From contig CAKOLL010000002.1 of NCBI GenBank assembly GCA_934096295.1, forward strand, positions 136,966 to 200,965: 64,000 nucleotides of DNA, in the 5' to 3' direction. The notes beneath the pieces are model-generated. The model saw only the letters and a program-made list of their open reading frames with translations, did no database searches and had not been told where the DNA came from. Numbering within the stretch: position 1 is the first letter of the stretch; each line of letters opens with the position of its first letter. This stretch comes from an uncultured Bacilli bacterium (lineage in GTDB: Bacteria; Bacillota_I; Bacilli_A; RF39; UBA660). Made by a program: the position numbers and the translations under genes. This document shows positions 1 through 9,736 of this stretch, piece after piece.

Positions 1-13
1 TAATGAAATTGAG

Positions 14-1012
14 GTGATTAATTTGAAAAAACAAGAATTAAATGAAAAAATTAATAATTATTTAAATAAAAATTATGATAATTTTGTATTTTTAATATCG
101 GGAAGAGCTACAATAGACTTAGCTATTAAAAATGCGATTGCTAATAATCCTAATTTAAAAAAAGCATATTTACCAAATTATATTTGTGATTCTATGGTTA
201 AACCATTTATTGATAATGGTATGATTGTTGAATTTTATGCAATAAATTTTGATGGTAATTGCTTTAATGTAAATACTAGTTCATTTGAAAATAAAGACAA
301 TATTATTGTTTTATATTGTGATTATTTTATTAGTTCAGAAAGAAATTATAAAATAATAACACAAAGTTTATCAAAAAACGCTATTCTTATTCATGATGTT
401 ACACATACATTATTTAGTGGAAATTTTCTAGATTATAGAGATGATTATTTAGTTTGTAGTATGAGAAAATGGTTCCCAATTGAGGATGGCGGTTTGTTTG
501 TTTGTAAAAATGAACTTACATTACATAGTTTTAAAAATGATTTAACTTATTTACTTTTCAAAGAAAAAGCTAAACAAGCTAAAGAACAATATTATGCCAA
601 TCCAAGTGATTATAATAAAAAAATATATGAAAGTTTGTCAGACCAAGCTGAGTCTGTTTTAAATGAAAACTATTCTTTGAATTTAATGTCTTTAAAAAAT
701 AGAAATTATTTAGATACAATTGATTTAGAGAAATATTTTCAAACAAAGAGGGAATTGTTTAATATGATAAAACAAAATTTATCTGAATATCAATTATTAG
801 CAGGAGCTAATGATATTAATTGTATATTTACCTTTCCTTTAGTAAATTTAAATAATAGAGATGAAATATTTAAAAAATTGAGAAATATTTTGATTAGGTG
901 TGCTGTAATGTGGGATTTTAACGATGATGAAATTTATAAAGAGTTTGTCGATAAAAGTATTTGTGTTGATATAAGTGAGAATACTATAATGCAATTAAGG
1001 AGGTATAGATAG
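14..1012 (+). CDS. PLP-dependent aminotransferase, DegT/DnrJ/EryC1-like fold (possibly 5'-partial at window edge; alternative TTG start at 23)
   Basis: 'FLISGRATIDLAIK...AYLPNYICDSMVKPF' matches the SGxxAL...P.fTF... block of DegT-family enzymes; 'CSMRKWFPIEDGG' fits the Schiff-base Lys region; N-terminal ~20 aa of a typical DegT seem missing so ORF may continue upstream of the window. Confidence 0.55.
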   Translation: MINLKKQELNEKINNYLNKNYDNFVFLISGRATIDLAIKNAIANNPNLKKAYLPNYICDSMVKPFIDNGMIVEFYAINFDGNCFNVNTSSFENKDNIIVLYCDYFISSERNYKIITQSLSKNAILIHDVTHTLFSGNFLDYRDDYLVCSMRKWFPIEDGGLFVCKNELTLHSFKNDLTYLLFKEKAKQAKEQYYANPSDYNKKIYESLSDQAESVLNENYSLNLMSLKNRNYLDTIDLEKYFQTKRELFNMIKQNLSEYQLLAGANDINCIFTFPLVNLNNRDEIFKKLRNILIRCAVMWDFNDDEIYKEFVDKSICVDISENTIMQLRRYR

Positions 1013-1013
1013 T

Positions 1014-1664
1014 ATGAAAAAAATATATTTGTTAAGTGGTCCAGGGACTAATGAGGGGTTTTCAGATGTTATTTCTAAAGAATTAAAAAAGGATTTGAAA
1101 GGAATGAAATCAATAACTTTCATTTCTTCATCACCTGCAAAACATGAAAAAAATATGAGTTTTGTTTATGGAAACGAGAAAATTACAGGTATGATTAATC
1201 ATTTGAAGTATTTTACAAATTTTGAAAAAGTAAATATAGCTGATGATGAAAATAGAGAACTAGATATTAATTCAGATATTATTTATTTACTGGGTGGAAA
1301 TTATGAAACTCAATTAAATTTTATTAAAGAAAATAAATTTGATGAAATACTTAAAAACTATGAAGGAGTTTTGCTTTGTACAAGTTGTGGAGCGATGAAT
1401 ATTGCAGAATGTGGTTATTATTCTAAAGATGATGATGTTGATGATAGTTTCTTTTATAATGGAATAGGGCTAACTAATATTACAATTGACCCACATTTTG
1501 ACATTAATAATTCTGTTCAAGTTAATGAAGCTAAAAAAATGTCTTTTAAACATGTTATTTATGGAGTTCCAAATTCTTCTTGTATAAAAATATGTAATAA
1601 AAAAATTGATATGATTGGAAAAATTTATGAATTTAATAATGGAAATATGATTGAACATAAATGA
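1014..1664 (+). CDS. peptidase S51 / type-1 glutamine-amidotransferase-like (dipeptidase E / cyanophycinase family)
   Basis: 'IYLLGGNYETQL' and 'GVLLCTSCGAMNIAE' resemble the GGNT...G(T/S)SAG nucleophile elbow of S51 peptidases; 2-bp gap from upstream gene. Confidence 0.5.
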   Translation: MKKIYLLSGPGTNEGFSDVISKELKKDLKGMKSITFISSSPAKHEKNMSFVYGNEKITGMINHLKYFTNFEKVNIADDENRELDINSDIIYLLGGNYETQLNFIKENKFDEILKNYEGVLLCTSCGAMNIAECGYYSKDDDVDDSFFYNGIGLTNITIDPHFDINNSVQVNEAKKMSFKHVIYGVPNSSCIKICNKKIDMIGKIYEFNNGNMIEHK

Positions 1665-1685
1665 AATGAAAGGAATATTTAATTT

Positions 1686-4028
1686 ATGATAAAATGGCTT
1701 GATGATGTTACAAATAAAATTATTGAGAACGCTGGTAATTCGCAGATTATAACTTGTCAATGTGGAATTTCTACCACGGGGGTCGCTCATATAGGTAATT
1801 TTAGAGAACCAATTATTACATATTTTGTTGCAGAAACATTAAAACAAAAAGGAAAAAAAGTTAGATTAGTTATGTCTTTTGATGATTTTGATAGATTTAA
1901 AAAAGTTCCTTATGGTGTACCTAGTGATTATGAAAAATATGTTGGAATGCCTACATGTTTTTTCCCAAGTCATATAAATTCAAGTATAAGTTATGCAAAG
2001 TTTTATGAAGATAAAATTATAGAAACTTTAAAAAGCTTGGATATTGATATGGAATATATTTATCAGTCAGAGAAGTATAAGGCTAAAGAATATTTAAGTG
2101 TCATTAAATCTGTTTTGGATCAAAAAGATGCTATATTTGATATAATATCAAAATATAAAACACAACAAATGACATATTATGATAAAAAACAATTTTTTCC
2201 AGTTAAAGTTTATTGTTCTTGTTGTCGAAAAGATAATACAACGATTATGGAATATTCTCAAGAAGAAAATTTAATTACTTATAAATGCTCTTGTGGTCAT
2301 ATGGAAACTGCTAGTATAGATAAATTAGATTTGAAATTGAAATTCAATGTAGAATGGCCTGCAAGATGGAATTATGAAAATGTAAATTTCGAACCGTGTG
2401 GAAAGGGGCATGCAGAAGAATTAGGTGTGTTAAATGTTTCAAAAGAAATAAATGAAAAAATTTATCATAAAAAGAATCCATGTATAGTTAAGTATGATTT
2501 TTTTAATTTAAAAGGTAATCAGGGAAGAATGAATAAAAATTCAAAAAATTTTATTGAAGTCAAGGACTTTTTAAACGTTATGCCTAAAGAAATGGTTTTG
2601 TATTATTTTATAGTTAATCCACCTAATAAGGAAATGTTTTTTTCTATCGAAGATGATATTCCAAAATTTTATGAAATGTTTGAAAAATGTGTTAATAATA
2701 ATTGTTTAGATTATGAAACTAAGAGTTTGTTAAAAATTGATTATAAAGAGGACTTAAAATTCTCAGATTTAATACGATATTTGCCAGTTGTAAACTTTGA
2801 TGTTGAAAATTTAAAAAAGATTCTTCAATTTAGTGAGACAAAGCATAATTTAGAAAAAATAACTTGTGCTATTAATTGGCTTAAATTTTATTCTAAAAAC
2901 AAATATTGGGTAATGAATGACAATATAAATTATGATTATTACAATACTCTGAGCAGTGAGAGAAAAAAAACACTAAGTTCTTTTATTAAATTAGCTAAAA
3001 AATATTCTAACTTTTTATCGTGGAAAGAATTTTTTGAAACATTTAAACAATATAATCCAGATTTAAAAATGTTTTATAAAGATTTTTATAGAATGATATT
3101 TGACTCTGAAACAGGAATACCAATTAAATCATTATTTGAATATTATGATATAGAAAAAATTATTAATTTAATACCTGTAGAAGAAAATATTAAAAATAAA
3201 AATCAAGTAGATGATACTGTAAGAATTATTCATTTATCTGATTTGCATTTTGATATTAATGATTCAAAAGAAATATTATCAAAAAAAATTCAAATGATAA
3301 CTGATTATCTAAAAAAAGGAAATTATGATAATTATTTGATTATAAGTGGAGATATAATATGTTTTTATAATAAAAAAGAAAATTTTGATATGGCTTATGA
3401 TTATTTAAGTTTTTTAGTTGACTCTTTACATATACCAGTTGAAAAAATACTTATTTGTACTGGAAATCATGAAATGATTAGTTTTGATAAATTCTTGAAT
3501 ACATATTTTGATAATTATAATATCTTTTTAAGAGAAAAATTACAAGATTTTAATGAATTTATGAAAAAACTTTGTGCATTTAATATTAATGAAAGTGAAG
3601 AACTGTATTATATGAATTTGGATCTACCTTTTAATACATTTGTAGTAAATTCATTGTTTGGAATTATAGATGGAAAAAAACAATTTTTCCAAAGTTCTGA
3701 ATTGATAGAAAGAGCTTTAAAAAAGGAAAAAATTAATAAAGATAAACTTGGGTTCGTAATATCTCATGCTCCATATGGATTTAACTCTAGTTTATTTGAC
3801 AATACAAATATTTTAAACTTTTTCAATTATAATATATGTGGGCATAATCATGAAAAAAGTATTATTTATAATGAAAATGGTCTTATTGATTTAGTTTCTG
3901 GTAGCAGTGATGGTTTAGTAGGAGATGAATATGATTTTAATTTATATGAATTAAAAAACGGTGTGTACGTAAAACGAATTTTTTGTAAGGATGATATAAC
4001 TACAGCTAGATTAAAAAGAATCAAATAA
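1686..4028 (+). CDS. divergent class-I lysyl-tRNA synthetase paralog fused to C-terminal calcineurin-like metallophosphoesterase
   Basis: N-terminal ~520 aa collinear with class-I LysRS (CGISTTGVAHIGNFRE, DDFDRFKKVP, zinc knuckle CSCCRK...CSCGH, EWPARW) but KMSKS degenerated to 'GRMNKNSKN'. C-terminal ~260 aa has MPE motifs 'IIHLSDLHFD', 'SGDII', 'CTGNHEM', 'CGHNHE'. Confidence 0.75.
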   Translation: MIKWLDDVTNKIIENAGNSQIITCQCGISTTGVAHIGNFREPIITYFVAETLKQKGKKVRLVMSFDDFDRFKKVPYGVPSDYEKYVGMPTCFFPSHINSSISYAKFYEDKIIETLKSLDIDMEYIYQSEKYKAKEYLSVIKSVLDQKDAIFDIISKYKTQQMTYYDKKQFFPVKVYCSCCRKDNTTIMEYSQEENLITYKCSCGHMETASIDKLDLKLKFNVEWPARWNYENVNFEPCGKGHAEELGVLNVSKEINEKIYHKKNPCIVKYDFFNLKGNQGRMNKNSKNFIEVKDFLNVMPKEMVLYYFIVNPPNKEMFFSIEDDIPKFYEMFEKCVNNNCLDYETKSLLKIDYKEDLKFSDLIRYLPVVNFDVENLKKILQFSETKHNLEKITCAINWLKFYSKNKYWVMNDNINYDYYNTLSSERKKTLSSFIKLAKKYSNFLSWKEFFETFKQYNPDLKMFYKDFYRMIFDSETGIPIKSLFEYYDIEKIINLIPVEENIKNKNQVDDTVRIIHLSDLHFDINDSKEILSKKIQMITDYLKKGNYDNYLIISGDIICFYNKKENFDMAYDYLSFLVDSLHIPVEKILICTGNHEMISFDKFLNTYFDNYNIFLREKLQDFNEFMKKLCAFNINESEELYYMNLDLPFNTFVVNSLFGIIDGKKQFFQSSELIERALKKEKINKDKLGFVISHAPYGFNSSLFDNTNILNFFNYNICGHNHEKSIIYNENGLIDLVSGSSDGLVGDEYDFNLYELKNGVYVKRIFCKDDITTARLKRIK

Positions 4029-4050
4029 TACAAATATTGTAGTATATGAC

Positions 4051-4079
4051 TTGCAAAATATATTTAGCAATGATATAAT
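4051..4079 (+). promoter_or_regulatory. sigma-A-type promoter for lysK (TTGCAA-17-TATAAT)
   Basis: ttgcaa aatatatttagcaatga tataat read directly. Confidence 0.5.
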
Positions 4080-4125
4080 ATGCGAAATTGATGGAAAATT
4101 AATTATTTTGAATGGGGGAATTATT

Positions 4126-5724
4126 ATGAATTGGGCTTTAGAAGAAGCAAAAAAATTAATTGAAAAGTATCCTGAAAAAGATACATTTGTAATTGCATCG
4201 GGGGTCAGTCCTTCGGGATATATACATATTGGAAATTTTAGAGAAATTGTTACAACGTTTTTTGTAGGTAAGGAATTAGAAAATTTAGGAAAAAAGGTTA
4301 GATTTATTTTGTCTTTTGATGATTTTGATAGATTTAGAAAAGTTCCTAATGGTATGCCAGAAAGTTATAGTAAGTATATAGGTATGCCATATACGAATAT
4401 ACCTAGTCCTTTTAGTAAAGACAAAACTTATGGAAAAGAACTTGAAGATATCTTTTTAGAAGAATTAAGTAGATTGGATATTTATCCAGAAATAATATAT
4501 CAAACTGAACAATATAAAAGTGGTAGATATGATAAAAAAATTATATTAGCTATGAATAAGAGAAAAGAAATTTTTGATATTATTTCAAAATTTAAAACGC
4601 AAGAATTTACTGTAGAGGATAAAAATAATTATTATCCAATAAGTTTATATTGTCAATGTTGTGGAAAAGATTCTACTACTATAGTAAATTATAATGAGAA
4701 AACTCATGAAGTTGAATATGAATGTGTATGTGGGAACCATAATATACAAAGAATAGAAAAAAGTGGAAATATTAAATTACAATGGAAAATAGATTGGCCT
4801 ATGAGATGGCAAGAAGAAGGTGTTATTTTTGAGCCGGGGGGTAGAGACCATTCTGCTGAAAATGGAAGTTATGCTGTTTCAAAAGTAATTTCAAAAGAGA
4901 TATTCGGATATGATGCGCCTTCATATATTGCATATGATTTCATAGGTATTAAAGGTGCTAATGGAAAAATGGCATCGTCAACAGGAAATGTATTAACTTT
5001 GACAGATTTATTAAGAGTTTATGATAAAAACATTGTTTTGTGGTTTTATGCTAAAAATAAACCAAACCATCAGTTTAATATAGCGCTTGATGAAGATGTT
5101 TTACGATATTATGCAGAATTTGATCGATTGGTAAAATCTTATTTTCAAGGAAAACTTGATGAAAATACAGCTAGCATAGTTTCATTGACAGGTGTGACAA
5201 AAAATTATACTAGTAATCCAGATTTTGGCAGTATTGCAAATTTTCTTCCGATGGTAAGTTATAACGAAAAAATGCTTGCTAATTTGTTATCTAAAGAAGA
5301 CATTGACTGTGAAAGTGTTTTGTTTAAAAAACGATTATTACAAGCTAAATGTTGGTTAGAAAAATACAATAATAGTAGAATCAATATATTAAATGAATTC
5401 AATCAAGATTTTTATGATAGTTTAAATGAAGAAGAAAAACAGTGGTTAAAAGATACTTTAGTGGTGTTGCAACAAAATTATAGTACAACTCAAGAATTAC
5501 AAAAAAGTTTGTATGCTGTTGTAAAAACTGGTGAAGAAGATTCTAAAATATTGAAAAGTAAACAAAAAAGGTATTTTCAAATAATTTATAATTTAATATT
5601 AGGAAAAGATAGTGGACCGAAAATGGGGTTATTATTATCAGCAATGAATTATGAAACGATAGAATCAAAATTACAAAAAAAACATGAATTAGTTCGTCAA
5701 AGAATAGATAAAAAGGATAATTAA
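4126..5724 (+). CDS. lysK: lysine--tRNA ligase, class I (canonical-looking)
   Basis: Near-collinear with archaeal/Borrelia-type LysRS-I: 'ASGVSPSGYIHIGNFRE', 'SFDDFDRFRKVP', zinc knuckle 'CQCCGK...CVCGN', 'KIDWPMRWQEEGVIFEPGGRDH', 'GKMASSTGN' (KMSKS). RBS GGGGGA before ATG 4126; ORF-track start 4051 probably too far upstream. Confidence 0.85.
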   Translation: MNWALEEAKKLIEKYPEKDTFVIASGVSPSGYIHIGNFREIVTTFFVGKELENLGKKVRFILSFDDFDRFRKVPNGMPESYSKYIGMPYTNIPSPFSKDKTYGKELEDIFLEELSRLDIYPEIIYQTEQYKSGRYDKKIILAMNKRKEIFDIISKFKTQEFTVEDKNNYYPISLYCQCCGKDSTTIVNYNEKTHEVEYECVCGNHNIQRIEKSGNIKLQWKIDWPMRWQEEGVIFEPGGRDHSAENGSYAVSKVISKEIFGYDAPSYIAYDFIGIKGANGKMASSTGNVLTLTDLLRVYDKNIVLWFYAKNKPNHQFNIALDEDVLRYYAEFDRLVKSYFQGKLDENTASIVSLTGVTKNYTSNPDFGSIANFLPMVSYNEKMLANLLSKEDIDCESVLFKKRLLQAKCWLEKYNNSRINILNEFNQDFYDSLNEEEKQWLKDTLVVLQQNYSTTQELQKSLYAVVKTGEEDSKILKSKQKRYFQIIYNLILGKDSGPKMGLLLSAMNYETIESKLQKKHELVRQRIDKKDN

Positions 5725-5726
5725 TA

Positions 5727-5763
5727 AAAAAGTAAAGAATGTAATTATTTGTTCTTTACTTTT
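5727..5763. terminator. bidirectional hairpin terminator between convergent lysK and XRE genes
   Basis: aaaaagtaaagaa-loop-ttctttactttt inverted repeat flanked by A/T runs. Confidence 0.55.
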
Positions 5764-5999
5764 TCTATTTTAATAGTATATCCGATTGGTCCAAGGATCC
5801 TTAATAGGCTTAGAATTGATGGAGAACAAGCTCCACATTCTATTCTAGCTATTTTTTCTCTTGAAACGCCAGAATATTTGGAAAATAAATCTTGTGTTAA
5901 GTTATTTTCTTTTCTAAAACTTATAAATTCCTTAATAAATATTTCATTTAATTCTTCTGGATTATAAGCAACCTCAATATAATTTTTATCATAGTCCAT
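5745..5999 (-). CDS. XRE-family helix-turn-helix transcriptional regulator
   Basis: 'LTQDLFSKYSGVSREKIARIECG...PSILSLLRI' classic HTH_3 pattern; divergent from AMP-ligase gene. Confidence 0.7.
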   Translation of the reverse strand: MDYDKNYIEVAYNPEELNEIFIKEFISFRKENNLTQDLFSKYSGVSREKIARIECGACSPSILSLLRILGPIGYTIKIEKVKNK

Positions 6000-6053
6000 A
6001 TAGTCTCACCACAATTATTGTATCAAATATGATACTAAAAGTCAAACATAGTG

Positions 6054-6082
6054 TTGTAAAACATTGCTAATTCTTGTATAAT
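6054..6082 (+). promoter_or_regulatory. sigma-A promoter (TTGTAA-17-TATAAT) for AMP-ligase gene; near-palindrome gtatcaaatatgatac at 6013-6028 may be XRE operator
   Basis: Consensus hexamers with 17-nt spacer read directly; 16-bp near-palindrome just upstream. Confidence 0.45.
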
Positions 6083-6101
6083 CAAAATTAGGTGAGGATT
6101 T

Positions 6102-7820
6102 ATGGAAAAATTTTATGACTATTATACGAAAGAAATGAAAGAAGATACATTACCGTCAGGTAATGAATATGACTTTTTACTTGAAAGAAACAAAAATCAT
6201 ATGAATGATACGGCGTTATCATTTGATACTAAGAAAATTTCATATGAAGAATTGCATGAAAGAATTGATGAATTTGCTCGTGCATTATATAAGAGAGGAA
6301 TAAGACAAGGTACTAGAGTTGGTATTGTAGTAGTTAATACCCCAGAATCTGTATATTTACTTTATGCTTTAAAAAAACTTGGAGCTCAAGTAATTGGGTT
6401 AAGTCCCCTTAATAATGAATATAAGATGCAAAGAGATATAGAAATGACAAAACCAGAATTTATCATTTCTGTAGATATGATGTATGGAAATTTCAAAAAT
6501 CCAGCAAAGAGTTTAAGTATAACACCAATACTTTATTCTCCATTAGAATCATTGGATAAAAATGGTTTGAAATTTCTTTATAATACGAAACAATTTATGG
6601 CTGGAAATAAAATCCTTAAAAAAGGTAATAATTTAATGAGTATTGTTAATGACGGGAAAGATTATGTTGATGTAAAATATCCTGAACATGTTAATGGTAC
6701 ATCAACAGATATTATGTTTACTGGAGGATCAAGTGGTGTTCATAAAGGTGTTGATTTAGATGGTGGTGCTTTAAATAGTGTTGTAAAAGCATTGGATTAT
6801 GTGTTAATACTAGAACCTGGAATGGTTCATCTAGGAAATATTCCATTTGGACATATGTGTTTTGGTAGATTAGTTCTTCATTATTCATTATGTAAAAATC
6901 TAGAATATGCTTTAACATTAAAAGCTATGCCAAAAGATTTTTATAGTGAACTTGTTAGAACACATGCAAATGGAGCAATGGGTGGTCCAGTTCATTGGGA
7001 AATATTAGCTCAAGATCCTAATTTAAGACAATGGACTTTGGAAAATTTAATACAACCTTTATCTGGTGGAGAAATGTTTAAACCACAAAAATTAAAAGAA
7101 GCAAATAAGGCTTTGGAATATGCTGGTTGTACTACTCCGATTGGAAATGGGTTAGGTTTAACAGAAATGTGGGCTCCAACTCATGTTTGTATGGGGGGAA
7201 AAAACACACCAGGAACTATTGGTTATCCAATTCCGTTTGTTAATTCAAAAATTGCTGATCCAAAAACTTTTGAAGATTTACCATTAGAAACTCCAGGAGT
7301 TTTGCTTGTAAATGGTCCTGGTATGATGCTTAGATATCATAATAATGAAGAAGAAACTAATGCAGTATTTGTATATGATGAAAATGGAGTTAAATGGTAT
7401 AATACTAAAGATGTTGCTGTTAAACATGCTAATGGTGAATATGAATTTGTAGGTCGTGTTAAAAGAAATTTTGTTTCTGGGGTTGATAATATTTATCCAG
7501 AACAAATTGAACAATTGCTTATTCAAATACCTGAAATTAGAGAAGTAATAGTTACATCAATTGCAGATGATAATGAACAATTCTTACCAAGTTATCATGT
7601 AAGTTTAAATGATTTTAATTGCGATAGAAAAGTATTAGAAAATAAAATGTTTGCTTTAATAGAAAAAACATTAGGTACTAGTGCTCTTCCTGGATATATT
7701 GAATATTATGAACAAGCACTTCCAAGAACTGATAATGGTAAACTTGATCCAAAAGCAATGGAAGCTAAAGATAAAGAAAGAATAGAAAATAAAGATTTAG
7801 TTAGAACAAGAGTTAGATAA
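6102..7820 (+). CDS. AMP-dependent synthetase/ligase (adenylate-forming enzyme, ANL superfamily)
   Basis: 'FTGGSSGVHKGV' corresponds to the (T/S)SGTTGxPKGV AMP-binding motif; size 572 aa. Confidence 0.7.
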   Translation: MEKFYDYYTKEMKEDTLPSGNEYDFLLERNKNHMNDTALSFDTKKISYEELHERIDEFARALYKRGIRQGTRVGIVVVNTPESVYLLYALKKLGAQVIGLSPLNNEYKMQRDIEMTKPEFIISVDMMYGNFKNPAKSLSITPILYSPLESLDKNGLKFLYNTKQFMAGNKILKKGNNLMSIVNDGKDYVDVKYPEHVNGTSTDIMFTGGSSGVHKGVDLDGGALNSVVKALDYVLILEPGMVHLGNIPFGHMCFGRLVLHYSLCKNLEYALTLKAMPKDFYSELVRTHANGAMGGPVHWEILAQDPNLRQWTLENLIQPLSGGEMFKPQKLKEANKALEYAGCTTPIGNGLGLTEMWAPTHVCMGGKNTPGTIGYPIPFVNSKIADPKTFEDLPLETPGVLLVNGPGMMLRYHNNEEETNAVFVYDENGVKWYNTKDVAVKHANGEYEFVGRVKRNFVSGVDNIYPEQIEQLLIQIPEIREVIVTSIADDNEQFLPSYHVSLNDFNCDRKVLENKMFALIEKTLGTSALPGYIEYYEQALPRTDNGKLDPKAMEAKDKERIENKDLVRTRVR

Positions 7821-7902
7821 AGCTACTGAAAAGTGGCTTTTCTTTTGCTTGAAAAAGAATGTTGGTTGTGATATCATTAAGTAAGAGTAGGAAGTGGTAT
7901 TC

Positions 7903-9732
7903 ATGGGATTTTATTTTTCAATAAGTGCATTGATTGTTATTATATTATTTACGTTTAATTTCTTATCAAAAGAAAGAGTAAATAATATTGAAACAAAAAT
8001 TTATAAGTATTTATTATTTTTAACATTATTTGGGCTATCTATGGACATAACTACTTGTGTTTTGTATAGAATGGGAATAAATATAAATGGTTTTTTATAT
8101 GCTTTAGGATCTAAATTGGTATTTGTATATTTTGTCTTATGGCTTTTGCTTTTTGCATATTATATAAAATGTATTAGCCTACCTTCTAGTGAAAATTATA
8201 AAAGTAAGATGATGAATACTTTTTATATGTTTGCTTTGTTTTTAATATTTATTGTACCTTTTATATTAATTTTACCAGTGGATTTTAAATTAGAAGGAGA
8301 TGTAATTGTTCCAAATGGACTTCCTGTTTTTATAACATATGGAGTTTGTTTAATTTTAATTGTTTATTCTGTTTATATTGCTATAAGATATCATAAAAAT
8401 ATTGAGGGAAAAAAATTAAGACCTTTGTATATTTTTTGTGTTTTAATGTTGTCAAATTTTATTGTTCAAAGTATGTTTCCTTCAGCTTTTTTAATTAATT
8501 ATTTATTATCATTAGTAGTTATAATAATGTATTTTACAATTGAAAATCCAGATGTTAAATTAATTAATCAATTAAATGAAGCTAAAACGCAAGCGGAAAA
8601 AGCAAACTTAGCTAAAACAGAGTTTTTATCAAGCATGTCTCATGAAATTAGAACACCTCTTAATGCAATCGTAGGTTTCAGTAATATGTTACTTGATGAT
8701 AAAAATTTGCCTGATAGTGCTAAAGAAGAAGTTAATGATATAGTAATGGCTTCAGATAATTTATTAGAAATAGTTAATGGTATTTTGGATATATCGAAGA
8801 TTGAGGCTGGTAAATTAGAAATTGTTAATACGGAATATGATTTTAATAAAGTTACAACAGAGTTAATTGCCCTTACTCGGGGAAGACTTGGGGATAAACC
8901 GATAGAGTTTATTACAAAAATTGATGAGTCAATTCCTCAGGTGTTATATGGAGATGCATCAAGGTTAAAACAAATATGTGTAAATATTTTAACTAATGCT
9001 GTTAAATATACTAAAGAAGGAAGTATTACTTTTAGTATTAATTCAGTTGTTAAAAATAATGTATGTAGATTGATTATTTCAGTTGAAGATACAGGAATAG
9101 GAATTAAACAAGAAAACTTAAGTAAGTTATTTAATAAGTTTGAAAGATTGGATTTAAAAGATAATGTTACAATAGAAGGTACAGGTTTAGGACTTGCTAT
9201 AACTAAGAAACTTGTTGATATGATGAATGGAAAGATAGTTGTGCAAAGTGTATTTGGAAAAGGGTCTAAGTTTACAGTATCAATAGATCAAAGAATAGTT
9301 AAAAATCCAACTATAAAAGTTGAAGCAATAGATACAACCCATGAAAAGATTGAAGTTAAAAATAAAACTGTTTTAGTTGTAGATGATAACAAAATAAATC
9401 TTAAAGTAGCTGAGAGATTATTACAAACTTATGGTGTTGATGTGGAATGTGTAGAAAGTGGGTTTATTTGTATTGATAACTTGAAAAGTGGTAAGAAATA
9501 TGATTTAATATTAATGGATGATATGATGCCAAAAATGAGTGGTGTAGAAACATTACAAAAGATAAAAGTTGAAATACCAGAATTTGATATTCCGGTGATA
9601 GCATTAACAGCGAATGCATTAACAGGAATGAGAGAAAAGTATTTGGCAGATGGATTTAACGATTATCTAGCTAAACCAATTAACAAAGATGAATTAAATA
9701 GAGTTATAAATGAATATTTAAATAAGGAGTGA
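7903..9732 (+). CDS. hybrid sensor histidine kinase (multi-TM sensor + HisKA + HATPase + C-terminal receiver)
   Basis: ~6 hydrophobic helices N-terminal; H-box '[11 protein letters not shown]'; G-boxes 'DTGIGI', 'GTGLGLAI'; C-terminal REC '[11 protein letters not shown]...[13 protein letters not shown]'. Confidence 0.85.
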   Translation: MGFYFSISALIVIILFTFNFLSKERVNNIETKIYKYLLFLTLFGLSMDITTCVLYRMGININGFLYALGSKLVFVYFVLWLLLFAYYIKCISLPSSENYKSKMMNTFYMFALFLIFIVPFILILPVDFKLEGDVIVPNGLPVFITYGVCLILIVYSVYIAIRYHKNIEGKKLRPLYIFCVLMLSNFIVQSMFPSAFLINYLLSLVVIIMYFTIENPDVKLINQLNEAKTQAEKANLAKTEFLSSMSHEIRTPLNAIVGFSNMLLDDKNLPDSAKEEVNDIVMASDNLLEIVNGILDISKIEAGKLEIVNTEYDFNKVTTELIALTRGRLGDKPIEFITKIDESIPQVLYGDASRLKQICVNILTNAVKYTKEGSITFSINSVVKNNVCRLIISVEDTGIGIKQENLSKLFNKFERLDLKDNVTIEGTGLGLAITKKLVDMMNGKIVVQSVFGKGSKFTVSIDQRIVKNPTIKVEAIDTTHEKIEVKNKTVLVVDDNKINLKVAERLLQTYGVDVECVESGFICIDNLKSGKKYDLILMDDMMPKMSGVETLQKIKVEIPEFDIPVIALTANALTGMREKYLADGFNDYLAKPINKDELNRVINEYLNKE

Positions 9733-9736
9733 TATC

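Noticed and set aside
1470-1790. Numerous 60-110-aa minus-strand ORFs inside large genes (e.g. 1470-1790, 6718-6918, 7284-7526, 11234-11649, 18052-18365, 20303-20485, 21291-21485, 22011-22328, 35701-36195, 41400-41642, 45089-45733, 46167-46367, 47466-48017, 51720-51965, 53431-53694, 56771-57532)
   Set aside because: All are antisense to well-supported CDSs, lack RBSs, and have low-complexity Ile/Phe/Leu/Ser-rich products expected from AT-rich antisense strands.
4051-4125. Upstream extension of lysK (ORF-track start 4051, 'MQNIFSNDIICEIDGKLIILNGGII')
   Set aside because: Overlaps a consensus promoter. Class-I LysRS homologs begin near 'MNWALEEAKK' (4126), which is preceded by a GGGGGA RBS.
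5749-5967. 72-aa plus-strand ORF
   Set aside because: Antisense to the well-supported XRE regulator CDS. Hydrophobic low-complexity product, no RBS.
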